32,000 nt of DNA. It comes from an uncultured archaeon. Lineage in GTDB: Archaea > Iainarchaeota > Iainarchaeia > Iainarchaeales > 0-14-0-20-30-16. Within the stretch, counting starts at the first letter, position 1. Each line of letters begins with the position of its first letter. The translations under genes were made by a program, and so were the position numbers. The DNA lies in contig CAZMGA010000002.1 in NCBI GenBank assembly GCA_964565725.1, positions 1 through 32,000 of the forward strand, written 5' to 3'. Below the pieces are notes generated by a model. That model saw nothing but the letters and a program-made list of their open reading frames with translations. It was not told the DNA's origin and ran no database searches. Positions 17,243 through 26,053 of this stretch are shown here, piece by piece.

Positions 17243-17671
17243 ATGAATATGAAATCTGCAAAAAGAATTGCTGCAAAGAAAATGAATGTTGGAAAAAGTA
17301 GAGTTTCTGTAAAACCAGATGCTTTAAAAAAAATTAAAGAAGCAATTACTGGTATGGACTTAGAAAATTTAATTAAAGAAAAAATCTTCCATAAAAAAGG
17401 TCAAAGCCAAAGTAAAGGTAGAGCAAGAATATTGTTAGAAAAGAAAAAGAAAGGAAGAAGAAAGGGTCCTGGAACAAGAAAAGGTACTAAAAATGCAAGA
17501 ACTGATAGACATGAAATGTGGATACGAAAAGTGAGATCCCAAAGAACATATATTGTTAAATTATTAGAAGATAAAAAAATAGATAAAAAACAATATAGAG
17601 ATTTATACAATAAAATCAAAGGTGGATTTTTTAGAAGTAAAAGCCATATTGATTCATATTTAAAGAAATAG
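17243..17671 (+). CDS. rpl19e: Ribosomal protein L19e
   Basis: KSAKRIAAKKMNVGKSRV, KGQSKGRARILLEKKKKGRRKGPGTRKGTKNAR, WIRKVRSQRTYIVKLLEDKKI. Confidence 0.96.
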   Translation: MNMKSAKRIAAKKMNVGKSRVSVKPDALKKIKEAITGMDLENLIKEKIFHKKGQSQSKGRARILLEKKKKGRRKGPGTRKGTKNARTDRHEMWIRKVRSQRTYIVKLLEDKKIDKKQYRDLYNKIKGGFFRSKSHIDSYLKK

Positions 17672-17679
17672 GTGATTTA

Positions 17680-18156
17680 ATGCCTGTATATAGACGAAGA
17701 AAAGAAATGAAAACAAACTATGCAAAGAGATTATCTTTATTGAAATCAAAAACAAATAGATTAGTATTAAGATTATCTAATACATATTGTAATTTAGAAT
17801 ATGTTCTACATAATCCTAAAGGAGATTTAATAAAATTTAGTATTTCCTCAAAATCTATTAAAAAATTTGGTTGGAATAAAGGATTTAAATCATTACCAGC
17901 TTGTTATTTAACAGGTTATTTATTTGGTAAAGAAATAAATAAATTAAAATTAGAACAAAATTTAATTTTAGATTTAGGTTTACAACATGCTTTTCCTAAA
18001 GGAAGAATTTTTGCAACTGTAAAAGGTGCAATAGATGCAGATATAAAATTATCTGTTGATGAAAAAATGATTCCTAGTGAAGATAGAATTTCAGGAAAGC
18101 ATATTAATGCAGAAGAATTATTTAAAAAAGTAAAAACTGCAATTGATAAAATGTAG
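17680..18156 (+). CDS. rpl18: Ribosomal protein L18 (uL18)
   Basis: YRRRKEMKTNYAKRLSLLKSKTNRLVLRLSN; LPACYLTGYLFGKE; FATVKGAIDADIKLS. Confidence 0.95.
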   Translation: MPVYRRRKEMKTNYAKRLSLLKSKTNRLVLRLSNTYCNLEYVLHNPKGDLIKFSISSKSIKKFGWNKGFKSLPACYLTGYLFGKEINKLKLEQNLILDLGLQHAFPKGRIFATVKGAIDADIKLSVDEKMIPSEDRISGKHINAEELFKKVKTAIDKM

Positions 18157-18164
18157 GTGTATTT

Positions 18165-18920
18165 ATGGTAGATAAATTTAAATTAGCTAAAAGAAAATCT
18201 CAAAGAAGAGCAGAATATGCTAGAACTAGTGAAACTGCAAATACAAAAATTGCTAATAGTGAAGAAATAGTTGAAGCTGTTCATAAAAAAAGAGCTAAAA
18301 AATTATTATTTGATGCAAACATAGAAAATTGGAATCCTAGAACAGAATTAGGTAAGAAAGTAAAAGAAGGCGAAATAAAAAGTTTAGATGAAATATTTAT
18401 AAAAAATATGAAAATTATTGAGCCAGAAATAGTTGATTTTTTTATAAAAGATATTAATGAAAAATTAATGGACACAACTAAAACATCTTATGTAAGAATG
18501 TCTGGAAGAAAATATAATTATAGATGTGCTGTATTAATTGGTGATGGTAATAAATATTTGGGATTTGCTGTTGCAAAAGATAAAGATAGATGGACTGCAG
18601 CAGGTAAAGCAGCAAGATTAGCTAGATTAAATTTAGTACAAATTAAAAAAGGTTGTGGAAGTTGGGAATGTAGATGTAGTAATTTACATAGTATTCCTTT
18701 TGAAGTTGATGGTAAAACAGGAGCTTCAAGAATAACAATAAGACCTGCTCCATTAGGTGTTGGTTTAGTAGTAAGTGAATATATAAAACCAGTTTTCCAA
18801 TTTGTAAATATACAAGATGTTTGGAGTAGAGGTTCAGGAGAAACAGCTACAAAAATAAATATTATAAAAGCAACAATTGAAGCTTTGAAAAAAACAAATA
18901 CAAAAGTAAATTACAGGTGA
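18165..18920 (+). CDS. rps5: Ribosomal protein S5 (uS5)
   Basis: WNPRTELGKKVKEGEIKSLDEIF; RYNCAVLIGDGN-like core, LARLNLVQIKKGCGSWECRCSNLHSIPFEVDGKTGASRITIRPAPLGVGLV. Confidence 0.97.
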   Translation: MVDKFKLAKRKSQRRAEYARTSETANTKIANSEEIVEAVHKKRAKKLLFDANIENWNPRTELGKKVKEGEIKSLDEIFIKNMKIIEPEIVDFFIKDINEKLMDTTKTSYVRMSGRKYNYRCAVLIGDGNKYLGFAVAKDKDRWTAAGKAARLARLNLVQIKKGCGSWECRCSNLHSIPFEVDGKTGASRITIRPAPLGVGLVVSEYIKPVFQFVNIQDVWSRGSGETATKINIIKATIEALKKTNTKVNYR

Positions 18921-18925
18921 GCATA

Positions 18926-19393
18926 ATGAATAATTTAATAGCTATTGTAAAAATTAGAGGAAATGTAGATGTTAAAAAAGAATTTGTAGATACAATGAAA
19001 ATGTTAAGATTAACTGAAAATAATCATTGTGCAATTCATAAAGACTCTAGTGTTTTACAAGGTATGATTAAAAAAGTAAAAGATTACATAACTTTTGGTG
19101 TTATAGATAAAGATACTTTAAAATCATTGATTCTAAAAAGAGGAAGATTAAGTGGAGATAAAAGAATTACTGATGAATGGTTAAAAGAAAAAAAATTAAC
19201 TATTGATAAATTAGTAGATTTATTTTATGAAGATCCTGAAAAAGTATATGAATTAGGAATAAAAAAAGTATTTAGATTAAGTCCACCATCTAAAGGATTT
19301 GGTAGAGTAGGTATAAAATATCCTATAAATATGGGTGGAGCTTTAGGTAACAGAGAAGATAAAATAGGATTATTATTAAAAAAAATGATGTGA
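18926..19393 (+). CDS. rpl30: Ribosomal protein L30 (uL30)
   Basis: LIAIVKIRGNVDVKKEFVDTMKMLRLTENNHCAIHKDS; C-terminal FRLSPPSKGFGRVGIKYPINMGGALGNR; ATG 18926 preferred. Confidence 0.95.
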   Translation: MNNLIAIVKIRGNVDVKKEFVDTMKMLRLTENNHCAIHKDSSVLQGMIKKVKDYITFGVIDKDTLKSLILKRGRLSGDKRITDEWLKEKKLTIDKLVDLFYEDPEKVYELGIKKVFRLSPPSKGFGRVGIKYPINMGGALGNREDKIGLLLKKMM

Positions 19394-19398
19394 TAATT

Positions 19399-19809
19399 AT
19401 GGTTGTTCGTAAAGCAAAAAAATTAAAAAAATATTTAGGTACTAGAACTAGAGGTGCAGGTAATACTGAAAATAGAAGAGGTGCTGGTTCAAAAGGTGGA
19501 AAAGGTAATACAGGAAAAATGGGTCATAAAAAACATATGTTCTTTGATGTTATTGGTCATAATATAAAAAACAAGCCTTTAAGTACAAGTAAAACAATTA
19601 CTTTTAATCAAATTAATGAAATTATTAATAATATGGTTAAAAAAGGACAAAAAGAACCTTTTATATTTGATTTTAAGTCAAAAGAATTAAAATCTTACAC
19701 TAAATTAGTTTCAAAAGGAACTTTAAAATATAAATTAAATTGTAAAAATATAATAATAACAGAAAAAGCAAAATCACAAATAGAAAATAAAGGGGGTTCT
19801 ATTGAATGA
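19399..19809 (+). CDS. rpl15: Ribosomal protein L15 (uL15)
   Basis: TRTRGAGNTENRRGAGSKGGKGNTGKMGHKKHM; ATG 19399 preferred over GTG 19390. Confidence 0.95.
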   Translation: MVVRKAKKLKKYLGTRTRGAGNTENRRGAGSKGGKGNTGKMGHKKHMFFDVIGHNIKNKPLSTSKTITFNQINEIINNMVKKGQKEPFIFDFKSKELKSYTKLVSKGTLKYKLNCKNIIITEKAKSQIENKGGSIE

Positions 19810-21212
19810 GCTTTGCAAATATAATTTCTATTGTTTCTAAGTATATTCCTGCTGTAGAAACTCCAAGTTCAAAACCAAATTTATCTAAAAGATTAACATA
19901 TAGTTTTTTGGTATTAATTTTGTTTTTTATTTTAGGTTTAATACCTTTAATAGGTTTGGCAGAATCTACTGGTGAAGCATTATCAATGTATCAGTTATTA
20001 TTAGCAAGTAATATAGGTACATTATTAACAGTTGGTATAGGTCCAATTGTAGTAGCTTCTATATTATTACAATTATTAGTAGGAACTGGTATTTGGAAAT
20101 TAGATTTTGGAAATCCTAATGATAGAGCTTTGTTTAGTGGTACTCAAAAAATATTTGCGATTTTATTATCTATAATTGAAGCTTTTATTTACGTTAAAGT
20201 TGGTTTTTTACAACCTGCTGATGGTATGTTTTTTTGGGTTGTATTGCAAGTAGCTTTAGGATCTATAATTTTATTATATTTAGATGAAGTTGTAAAAAAT
20301 TATGGTTTTGGTTCCGGAATAAGTTTATTTATTGCGGGTGGTGTAGCATCTTCTGTATTTTGGAGAGTATTTAGTCCTATGAGTTCTTTACAGACAGGAT
20401 TTAAATTAGTATCTTCTGGTGCTGCTTTAAGTTTAAGTAGCGGTTCAGGTTTATTGTGGAGTTTTTTCTCTCAAATGGGAAATAGTATTTATCAATCATT
20501 TATTACAAATTTATTCCCAATAGTTTCGGCACTAATAGTTTTCTTTATAGTAATTTACTTTGAAGGCGTGCATGTAAATATACCTTTAACTATGGGTAGA
20601 AGTACACAAATGGGTAGATATCCTGTAAAGTTTTTATATGTAAGTAATTTACCTGTAATATTGGCAGCTGCATTATTTGCAAATTTTACAATATTATATA
20701 AATTAGTTGAAGGTAAAAGTATTCCTATATTGGAACCATTTTTGTTATATTTAAGTAAATATACTAATGCACCTACAAATTTAGTGCAGAATATATTCTT
20801 ACAAGGATTCTCAGGAATGGGTGGAGAAATATTACAAGGATTAGTATATTTAGTATTATTGGCATTGACATGTATATTCTTTGGAATAATGTGGGTAAAA
20901 ATGGCTAACCAAGATTCTCAATCAGTAGCTAAACAATTACAAAGAAGTGGTATGTTTTTGCCAGGATTTAGAAGAGATCCAAGAGTAATACAAAGTGTTT
21001 TAGATAAATATATTCCAACTATTACAATTTTAGGTTCTATATTTGTAGCATTGTTAGCTGGTTTTGCAAGTTTAACTAGTGCAGTAGGAACTGGAATGGG
21101 TATATTATTAACAGTAGATATTATTTATAGATTATATGAAGAAATAGTTAAAGAACAAGTGAGTACAGATTCTAATTTAATTAGTAAATTTGTAAAGGGT
21201 GTAAAAAATTAG
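19806..21212 (+). CDS. secY: Preprotein translocase subunit SecY (Sec61 alpha)
   Basis: ~10 TM protein; RLTYSFLVLILFFILGLIPLIGL, LGIGPIVVASILLQLLVGTGIWKLD, FFIVIYFEGVHVNIPL, FLPGFRRDPRVIQSVLDKYIPTITILGSIFVALLAGFASLT. Confidence 0.97.
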   Translation: MSFANIISIVSKYIPAVETPSSKPNLSKRLTYSFLVLILFFILGLIPLIGLAESTGEALSMYQLLLASNIGTLLTVGIGPIVVASILLQLLVGTGIWKLDFGNPNDRALFSGTQKIFAILLSIIEAFIYVKVGFLQPADGMFFWVVLQVALGSIILLYLDEVVKNYGFGSGISLFIAGGVASSVFWRVFSPMSSLQTGFKLVSSGAALSLSSGSGLLWSFFSQMGNSIYQSFITNLFPIVSALIVFFIVIYFEGVHVNIPLTMGRSTQMGRYPVKFLYVSNLPVILAAALFANFTILYKLVEGKSIPILEPFLLYLSKYTNAPTNLVQNIFLQGFSGMGGEILQGLVYLVLLALTCIFFGIMWVKMANQDSQSVAKQLQRSGMFLPGFRRDPRVIQSVLDKYIPTITILGSIFVALLAGFASLTSAVGTGMGILLTVDIIYRLYEEIVKEQVSTDSNLISKFVKGVKN

Positions 21213-21220
21213 TGATTATT

Positions 21221-21670
21221 ATGATTGATTGGTTACCAGCATTTATAGTAGGATCTATAGCAGTAGTTTATGCTTTATTTTTGTTCTTATATCAAAAAAG
21301 ATTAGATAAAAAAAATGGAATTACTGAAAAACAAAAAAAAAGTAAAGAATTACAAAAGCAAATGATGGATTTATCAAAAGATAATAGTCCAGAAAGTATG
21401 AATAAAGTAAAAGAATTACAACAAGAAATGATGACATTAAGTACAGACATGATGAAAGGCCAATTCAAAAGTATGTTATGGATTATGTTAATTGGTTTAT
21501 TAGTTTTGTATGTTGTAAATTTGTTTGAATTTGCAAAATTTCCTATAACCCATTTTTGGTATTTTACAAATGCTTTAACATGGTTTATATTAATATCTTT
21601 ATTATGTAATATAATATATAAATTATTATTTTGGATATTAGAAAAGAAAAATATTATAAAGGTGAATTAA
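21221..21670 (+). CDS. EMC3/TMCO1 (DUF106, YidC-like) membrane insertase
   Basis: Archaeal synteny after secY; KELQKQMMDLSKDNSPESMNKVKELQQEMMTLSTDMMKGQFKSMLWIM coiled coil followed by TM segments. Confidence 0.85.
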   Translation: MIDWLPAFIVGSIAVVYALFLFLYQKRLDKKNGITEKQKKSKELQKQMMDLSKDNSPESMNKVKELQQEMMTLSTDMMKGQFKSMLWIMLIGLLVLYVVNLFEFAKFPITHFWYFTNALTWFILISLLCNIIYKLLFWILEKKNIIKVN

Positions 21671-22000
21671 ATGGTTGCTCCAAATAAAAGAAATTTAAAG
21701 AAAAAATTTGTGAAAGTTACAAAAAGTACTAAAGATGTAAGATTTAGAGATAAACCTACAATATCTAGTTGTGCAATTTGTAAAAATATATTACAAGGTG
21801 TTCCTAGAGGAGATTTGAAAAAATTATCTAAAACTGAAAAAAGACCAAGTATTGTGTTTGGTGGAATTCTTTGTTCAAAATGTAGAGATATAGTTTTTGA
21901 CAATGCTATAATGTTAAAATTAAAAATAATAAATGAAAATGATGTATCTTTAAAATATAAAAATTATGTAAATACTGCAATTTTGAAAATTGCAAAATAG
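21671..22000 (+). CDS. rpl34e: Ribosomal protein L34e
   Basis: SSCAICKNILQGVPRGDLKKLSKTEKRPSIVFGGILCSKC, matching CxxC...LSKTEKRP..GG.LCxxC of L34e. Confidence 0.9.
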   Translation: MVAPNKRNLKKKFVKVTKSTKDVRFRDKPTISSCAICKNILQGVPRGDLKKLSKTEKRPSIVFGGILCSKCRDIVFDNAIMLKLKIINENDVSLKYKNYVNTAILKIAK

Positions 22001-22008
22001 GTGATTTT

Positions 22009-22464
22009 TTGATTGTTATAATTGCATCAGATGTAACATATAATTTAGAGCCATTTGTAAAAAAATTGGCTGTTAACTTAAGTGCAATTTACAAATCAAT
22101 AGATTATGATTTTTTATTAAAAAATACAGGATTCTTTTCAGAATCTAAAACTGGTAAAATTGTTTATATGGGTCATGTAATTGCATCTAAATTGGAAGTT
22201 CCAGCAATAAAAATATATTTAAAACAATCTTATGATACAATTTTGAGAAATTTATCAAACGAAAAAAAAATAAATTTGGAAGATGCAAAAATACAATATG
22301 ACAATATAAAAAAATTAGAAAAAGAAAAATCAAAAAATTATTTTGGAGTGGATTTAGAAAATTTAGATGTTTATGATTTAATTATGAAAATAGATTATTT
22401 AGATCAAAAATCTATATTACAAATAATTGAAAAATTTATTGCAAAACAAACAAATGAGGGATAG
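22009..22464 (+). CDS. CMP kinase-like protein lacking the P-loop (possible pseudoenzyme)
   Basis: Syntenic position of archaeal cmk (L34e-cmk-L14e); C-terminal LEDAKIQYDNIKKLEKEKSKNYFGVDLENLDVYDLIMKIDYLDQKSILQIIEKFI matches CMK; N-terminus MIVIIASDVTYNLEPFVKKLA has no GxxxxGK[ST]. TTG start placed after GGTGAT. Confidence 0.7.
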   Translation: MIVIIASDVTYNLEPFVKKLAVNLSAIYKSIDYDFLLKNTGFFSESKTGKIVYMGHVIASKLEVPAIKIYLKQSYDTILRNLSNEKKINLEDAKIQYDNIKKLEKEKSKNYFGVDLENLDVYDLIMKIDYLDQKSILQIIEKFIAKQTNEG

Positions 22465-22465
22465 T

Positions 22466-22675
22466 ATGATTTTAGAAAAAGGTAGAGTATGTATTATAAA
22501 AAGAGGAAGAGATTTTGGAAAATTAGTAATGATTTTAGAGAATCCTAAAGAAAAAGATTCTACAGTAATGGTTGAAGGTTTAAATTTAAAAGCAACTAAA
22601 AAAAATATTAATCATTTATGGATTGTAGATAAAATGATAAATTCTGTAAAAGATTTAGAAAAGGTGAAATTATGA
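22466..22675 (+). CDS. rpl14e: Ribosomal protein L14e
   Basis: MILEKGRVCIIKRGRDFGKLVMILENPKEKDSTVMVEGLNLKATKKNINHLWIVDKMI; ATG 22466 preferred. Confidence 0.85.
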   Translation: MILEKGRVCIIKRGRDFGKLVMILENPKEKDSTVMVEGLNLKATKKNINHLWIVDKMINSVKDLEKVKL

Positions 22676-23244
22676 GTGCAAAACCTGATAAAAATAAAAA
22701 TATTAAAAATAAGAAAGTTGAAGTTAAAGAAGTAAAAAAAGAAGATAAATCATTAAAAAAACAACCACAAAAAGAAGTTAAAGAAGTAAAACATGATATT
22801 CAAAGAGAAATTGTTAGAATTGCTGGTATTGATTTAAATGGAAATTATTCTATTGAAAAAGGATTAAGAACAATAAAAGGAATTGGTATGAGAACTGCAA
22901 AAGTTTTAACTTATCAATTTTGTGAAAAAGTTAAATTACCTATAAATACATATATTGGAAATATCCCTCAAGATAAAGATGATATATTAACAAAAATTGT
23001 TTTAGATTGTAAACTTCCTGAATGGATGTATAATAGAAAAAATGATTTGTATACAGGAGAAACAAAACAAATTACAAATTCAGATTTAATTTTTACATTA
23101 AGAGAAGATAAACAAAGATTAAGTAGAATAAAATCAAGAAGAGGAATGAGATTGTTAGCAAAATTACCTGTTAGAGGACAAAGAACAAAATCAAACTTCA
23201 GAAGAAAAGAAGGCGTAGTTGGAGTTGTGAAGAAAAAGAAGTAG
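22672..23244 (+). CDS. rps13: Ribosomal protein S13 (uS13) with Lys/Glu-rich N-terminal extension
   Basis: EIVRIAGIDLNGNYSIEKGLRTIKGIGMRTAKVL...SRRGMRLLAKLPVRGQRTKSNFRRKEG. Confidence 0.95.
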   Translation: MSAKPDKNKNIKNKKVEVKEVKKEDKSLKKQPQKEVKEVKHDIQREIVRIAGIDLNGNYSIEKGLRTIKGIGMRTAKVLTYQFCEKVKLPINTYIGNIPQDKDDILTKIVLDCKLPEWMYNRKNDLYTGETKQITNSDLIFTLREDKQRLSRIKSRRGMRLLAKLPVRGQRTKSNFRRKEGVVGVVKKKK

Positions 23245-23254
23245 GTGATATTTT

Positions 23255-23833
23255 ATGGGTGACCCAAAGAAGATAAGAAAAAAATATGAGAGTCCTAAAA
23301 GACCTTGGGATAAACAAAGAATCCTAAAAGAAAAAGATTTATTAGATAAATATGGTTTGGCATCAAAAAAAGAAATTAGAATAATGGAAGCAATAATTTC
23401 TAAAAAAAGAGAAGCTGTAAAAGGATTATTAGCTTTACAATCTGAAGTTGCTGAAAAAGGTAAAAAAGATTTAGTAAATTCTTTATATAGAATAGGGTTA
23501 GTATCTAAAGATGCTACATTTACAGATATATTGGGATTAAATGTAGAAGATATTTTAGAAAGAAGATTACAAACTTTAGTTTATAGACAAGGTTTAGCTT
23601 CTACAATAAAACAAGCTAGACAATTTATAATTCATGGATTTATATCAATAAACAATAGGAAAATAAATGTTCCAAGTTATATTGTAAATACTGATGAAGA
23701 AAAAAATATAGGTTATTATCAAGGTATAAAACCTAAGATATTAGATTTAGATGTAAAAAAGCCAGAATTACACAATAAAAAAGAAATTAAAGAAGAATCT
23801 ACAGAAACAGAAAATGTAGAAAAAAGCGAATGA
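23255..23833 (+). CDS. rps4: Ribosomal protein S4 (uS4)
   Basis: MGDPKKIRKKYESPKRPWDKQRI, LERRLQTLVYRQGLASTIKQARQFIIHGFISINNRKINVPSYIV. Confidence 0.96.
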   Translation: MGDPKKIRKKYESPKRPWDKQRILKEKDLLDKYGLASKKEIRIMEAIISKKREAVKGLLALQSEVAEKGKKDLVNSLYRIGLVSKDATFTDILGLNVEDILERRLQTLVYRQGLASTIKQARQFIIHGFISINNRKINVPSYIVNTDEEKNIGYYQGIKPKILDLDVKKPELHNKKEIKEESTETENVEKSE

Positions 23834-23843
23834 GGTGCTAAAT

Positions 23844-24227
23844 ATGAAAGTTGCAATAGTACATATTTATTCAACATATAATAATACAAAAATGGTAGCT
23901 ACTGATATTACTGGTTCTGAGACTTTAGCAAAAAGTACTGGTGGAATAATAACTAAAAGTCAACATAAACAAGGTTCCCCATATGTTGCTATGAAAATGG
24001 CTGAACAAATATCTTCAACTTTGAAAACTAAAGGTTATGATAACATAAAAGTGAAGGTTAGAGCATCTGGTGGTATAAGAGCTAAAAATCCAGGACAAGG
24101 TGCTGATGCAGCAATTACATCTTTGACAAGAAGTGGAATGAATATTTTAGAAATAGAAAATGTGACTCCTTTGCCACATGATGGTTGTAGACCAAAAAAG
24201 AAATTTTTGTCTAGAAAGAAACAATAA
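23844..24227 (+). CDS. rps11: Ribosomal protein S11 (uS11)
   Basis: AIVHIYSTYNNTKMVATDITGSETLAKSTGG...VRASGGIRAKNPGQGADAAITSL...PLPHDGCRPKKKF; ATG 23844 preferred. Confidence 0.97.
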   Translation: MKVAIVHIYSTYNNTKMVATDITGSETLAKSTGGIITKSQHKQGSPYVAMKMAEQISSTLKTKGYDNIKVKVRASGGIRAKNPGQGADAAITSLTRSGMNILEIENVTPLPHDGCRPKKKFLSRKKQ

Positions 24228-24252
24228 TTATGTTAAGGATTATGGGATTTGT

Positions 24253-25005
24253 ATGCAAGTTAAATTTTTGAAAAAAGATGGTTTTGAATATCGTTTTAGT
24301 GTTAACGATACAAGAAAAGATATTGTTAATGCATATAGACGAGCAATAATGTTAAATTGTCCAGTAATGGCTATAAATAAAGTTGCAGTTTATAAAAATG
24401 AAAGTGTAATGCCTGATGAAATGTTAGCACATAGATTGGGTTTAGTACCAATTTATACAAAATCAGTAGATGATGAAGAACATCATATTTATTTAAAGAA
24501 AAAATCAGGAATGGTTTATTCTGGAGATATTGAAACTACAGGCTTATTAGAAGTCCCTTTAAAACATATTCCATTAGTATTATTAAAAGAAAATACTAAT
24601 TTAGAATTAGAATTAACAGTTTCAAAAGGAAAAGGAATTGAGCATGTTAAATTTGAACCAGCTAATGTTCATTTTAATAACATTGCTGAAATTAAACAAA
24701 ACGGACCTATAAATTTTGAATTAAAAGATTTATGTCCTAAAGGGTTATTAGAACAAAAAGCAAATAAAATATTTTTAAAAGATCCTTATGATTGTAATCT
24801 TTGTAGACATTGTGAAAATAAAACAAATATGAATTTAGAAGTAATTATTAATGAAAATGATTTTGTATTTGGAATTGTTCCATTTAGAAATTTAGATTTA
24901 TCCAATATTTTTGAATATAGTTATAATTATTTAAATTCTGAATTGGAAAGTCTAAAAAATGAAATTTTAGGTGAAAATACTAAAAAAACTACTAAGAAAA
25001 AATAG
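24253..25005 (+). CDS. rpoD: DNA-directed RNA polymerase subunit D (Rpo3)
   Basis: FRFSVNDTRKDIVNAYRRAIML-type start, VMAINKVAVYKNESVMPDEMLAHRLGLVPI; Cys motif CNLCRHC. Confidence 0.93.
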   Translation: MQVKFLKKDGFEYRFSVNDTRKDIVNAYRRAIMLNCPVMAINKVAVYKNESVMPDEMLAHRLGLVPIYTKSVDDEEHHIYLKKKSGMVYSGDIETTGLLEVPLKHIPLVLLKENTNLELELTVSKGKGIEHVKFEPANVHFNNIAEIKQNGPINFELKDLCPKGLLEQKANKIFLKDPYDCNLCRHCENKTNMNLEVIINENDFVFGIVPFRNLDLSNIFEYSYNYLNSELESLKNEILGENTKKTTKKK

Positions 25006-25031
25006 GATTTTTTAAATCCTTTTATTCTTTA
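25004..25031 (+). terminator. Intrinsic-terminator-like hairpin after rpoD
   Basis: Perfect 7-bp stem AGGATTT-TTT-AAATCCT (25004-25020) followed by TTTTATTCTTT, overlapping the rpoD stop. Confidence 0.55.
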
Positions 25032-25049
25032 TATATAAATAACTAAGTT

Positions 25050-25132
25050 GCTGGGGTTCCGGAGCGGTCAAACGGGCAGGGCTTAAGACCCTGTGGCGAA
25101 GGCCTTCAAGAGTTCGAACCTCTTCCCCAGCA
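25050..25132 (+). tRNA. tRNA-Leu (anticodon UAA), type II with long variable arm, no CCA encoded, no intron
   Basis: Acceptor GCTGGGG/CCCCAGC, D stem CCG/CGG, anticodon arm CAGGG-CTTAAGA-CCCTG, variable arm GGC-GAAG-GCC, T arm AAGAG-TTCGAAC-CTCTT. Confidence 0.96.
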
Positions 25133-25170
25133 TATATATTATTTTGATAATATTTATTGGAGTGAAATGT

Positions 25171-25536
25171 ATGAAACATATACAATTAGATGATTTAAAA
25201 AGAAAATATATTATTGGTTTGAAAAAAAAATCTATTGCAGATAAGCAAGATTTTTATTTAGCATTATCAAAAGCAATGGATGTGAGTTCTAGAAATTTTC
25301 CTGCAATTAATGTTTATAGATTAAATAAAATTGCAAAAAAAAATCCAAATAAAATATATTTAATACCTGGTAATTTATTAGGTTATGGTGATATTACTTC
25401 TGCAGTAAAAGTTTATGCATATAAAGTTTCAAAAAATGCAGAAGAAAAAATAAAAGCTGTAAAAGGTTCTGTAAAAGATTTTGATGAATTATTAAAATCA
25501 AAATTAGAATCAAAAGATATTATGATTGTTAAATAG
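25171..25536 (+). CDS. rpl18e: Ribosomal protein L18e
   Basis: FPAINVYRLNKIAKKNPNKIYLIPGNLLGYGDITSAVKVYAYKVSKNAEEKI; ATG 25171 (GGAGTGA SD); the track start 25093 lies inside the tRNA. Confidence 0.9.
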   Translation: MKHIQLDDLKRKYIIGLKKKSIADKQDFYLALSKAMDVSSRNFPAINVYRLNKIAKKNPNKIYLIPGNLLGYGDITSAVKVYAYKVSKNAEEKIKAVKGSVKDFDELLKSKLESKDIMIVK

Positions 25537-25544
25537 GTGATTTT

Positions 25545-26048
25545 ATGACCCAAAAAAAAGAAGATACTAAACAAGTTGCAAAGAAAGTTGTTAAAGAAAA
25601 AAAAGTAATAGTTAAAAAACCAATTGTTAAAAAAGAAATTAATTACGATGCTACAAATTTAATTTTAGGTAGATTATCAAGTTATGTTGCTCAAAAATTA
25701 TTATTAGGTTATAAAATAAATATTTATAATGCAGAAAAAGCAATAATTACAGGAGATCCAAAAATTATTGTAGAACAATATACAGTTAAATTAAATTTTA
25801 GAGGTAAAGGTAATCCTGAAAAAGGACCAAAATATCCTAAAATTCCTGATAAAATGTTATTAAATGCAGTTAAAAGAATGTTGCCACATAAAAAAACAAG
25901 AGGTATAGATGCATTTAAAGATTTAAAAGTATTTATAGGTAATGAAGATAATGTAAAATTAGAAACTATTGAAGATGCAAAATTACAAAAGAGTATTAAA
26001 TATTTACAATTAGGTGAATTAAGTACTAAATTAGGTGCTAAATGGTGA
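25545..26048 (+). CDS. rpl13: Ribosomal protein L13 (uL13) with Lys-rich N-terminal extension
   Basis: NLILGRLSSYVAQKLLLGYKINIYNAEKAIITG, FRGKGNPEKGPKYPKIPDKMLLNAVKRMLPHKKTRGIDAFKDLKVFIG. Confidence 0.95.
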   Translation: MTQKKEDTKQVAKKVVKEKKVIVKKPIVKKEINYDATNLILGRLSSYVAQKLLLGYKINIYNAEKAIITGDPKIIVEQYTVKLNFRGKGNPEKGPKYPKIPDKMLLNAVKRMLPHKKTRGIDAFKDLKVFIGNEDNVKLETIEDAKLQKSIKYLQLGELSTKLGAKW

Positions 26049-26053
26049 TATTT

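Noticed and set aside
9296-18475. Minus-strand ORFs within the r-protein cluster (9296-9511, 11549-11767, 11863-12054, 12207-12587, 14068-14529, 15785-15973, 16852-17058, 17401-17619, 18281-18475)
   Set aside because: All are antisense to confidently identified ribosomal protein genes and have Phe/Ser/Ile-rich translations typical of reverse-complemented Lys/Glu codons.
25028-25042. TTTATATATAAATAA as a TATA box for the tRNA-Leu gene
   Set aside because: It is centred only ~15 nt from the mature tRNA 5' end, too close for standard archaeal TATA-TSS spacing; it may be plain AT-rich sequence.
25093-25170. N-terminal extension of the L18e ORF in the track (MAKAFKSSNLFPSIYIILIIFIGVKC...)
   Set aside because: It is translated from the 3' half of the tRNA-Leu gene and the intergenic AT hairpin; the ATG at 25171 with a GGAGTGA SD gives a canonical L18e start.
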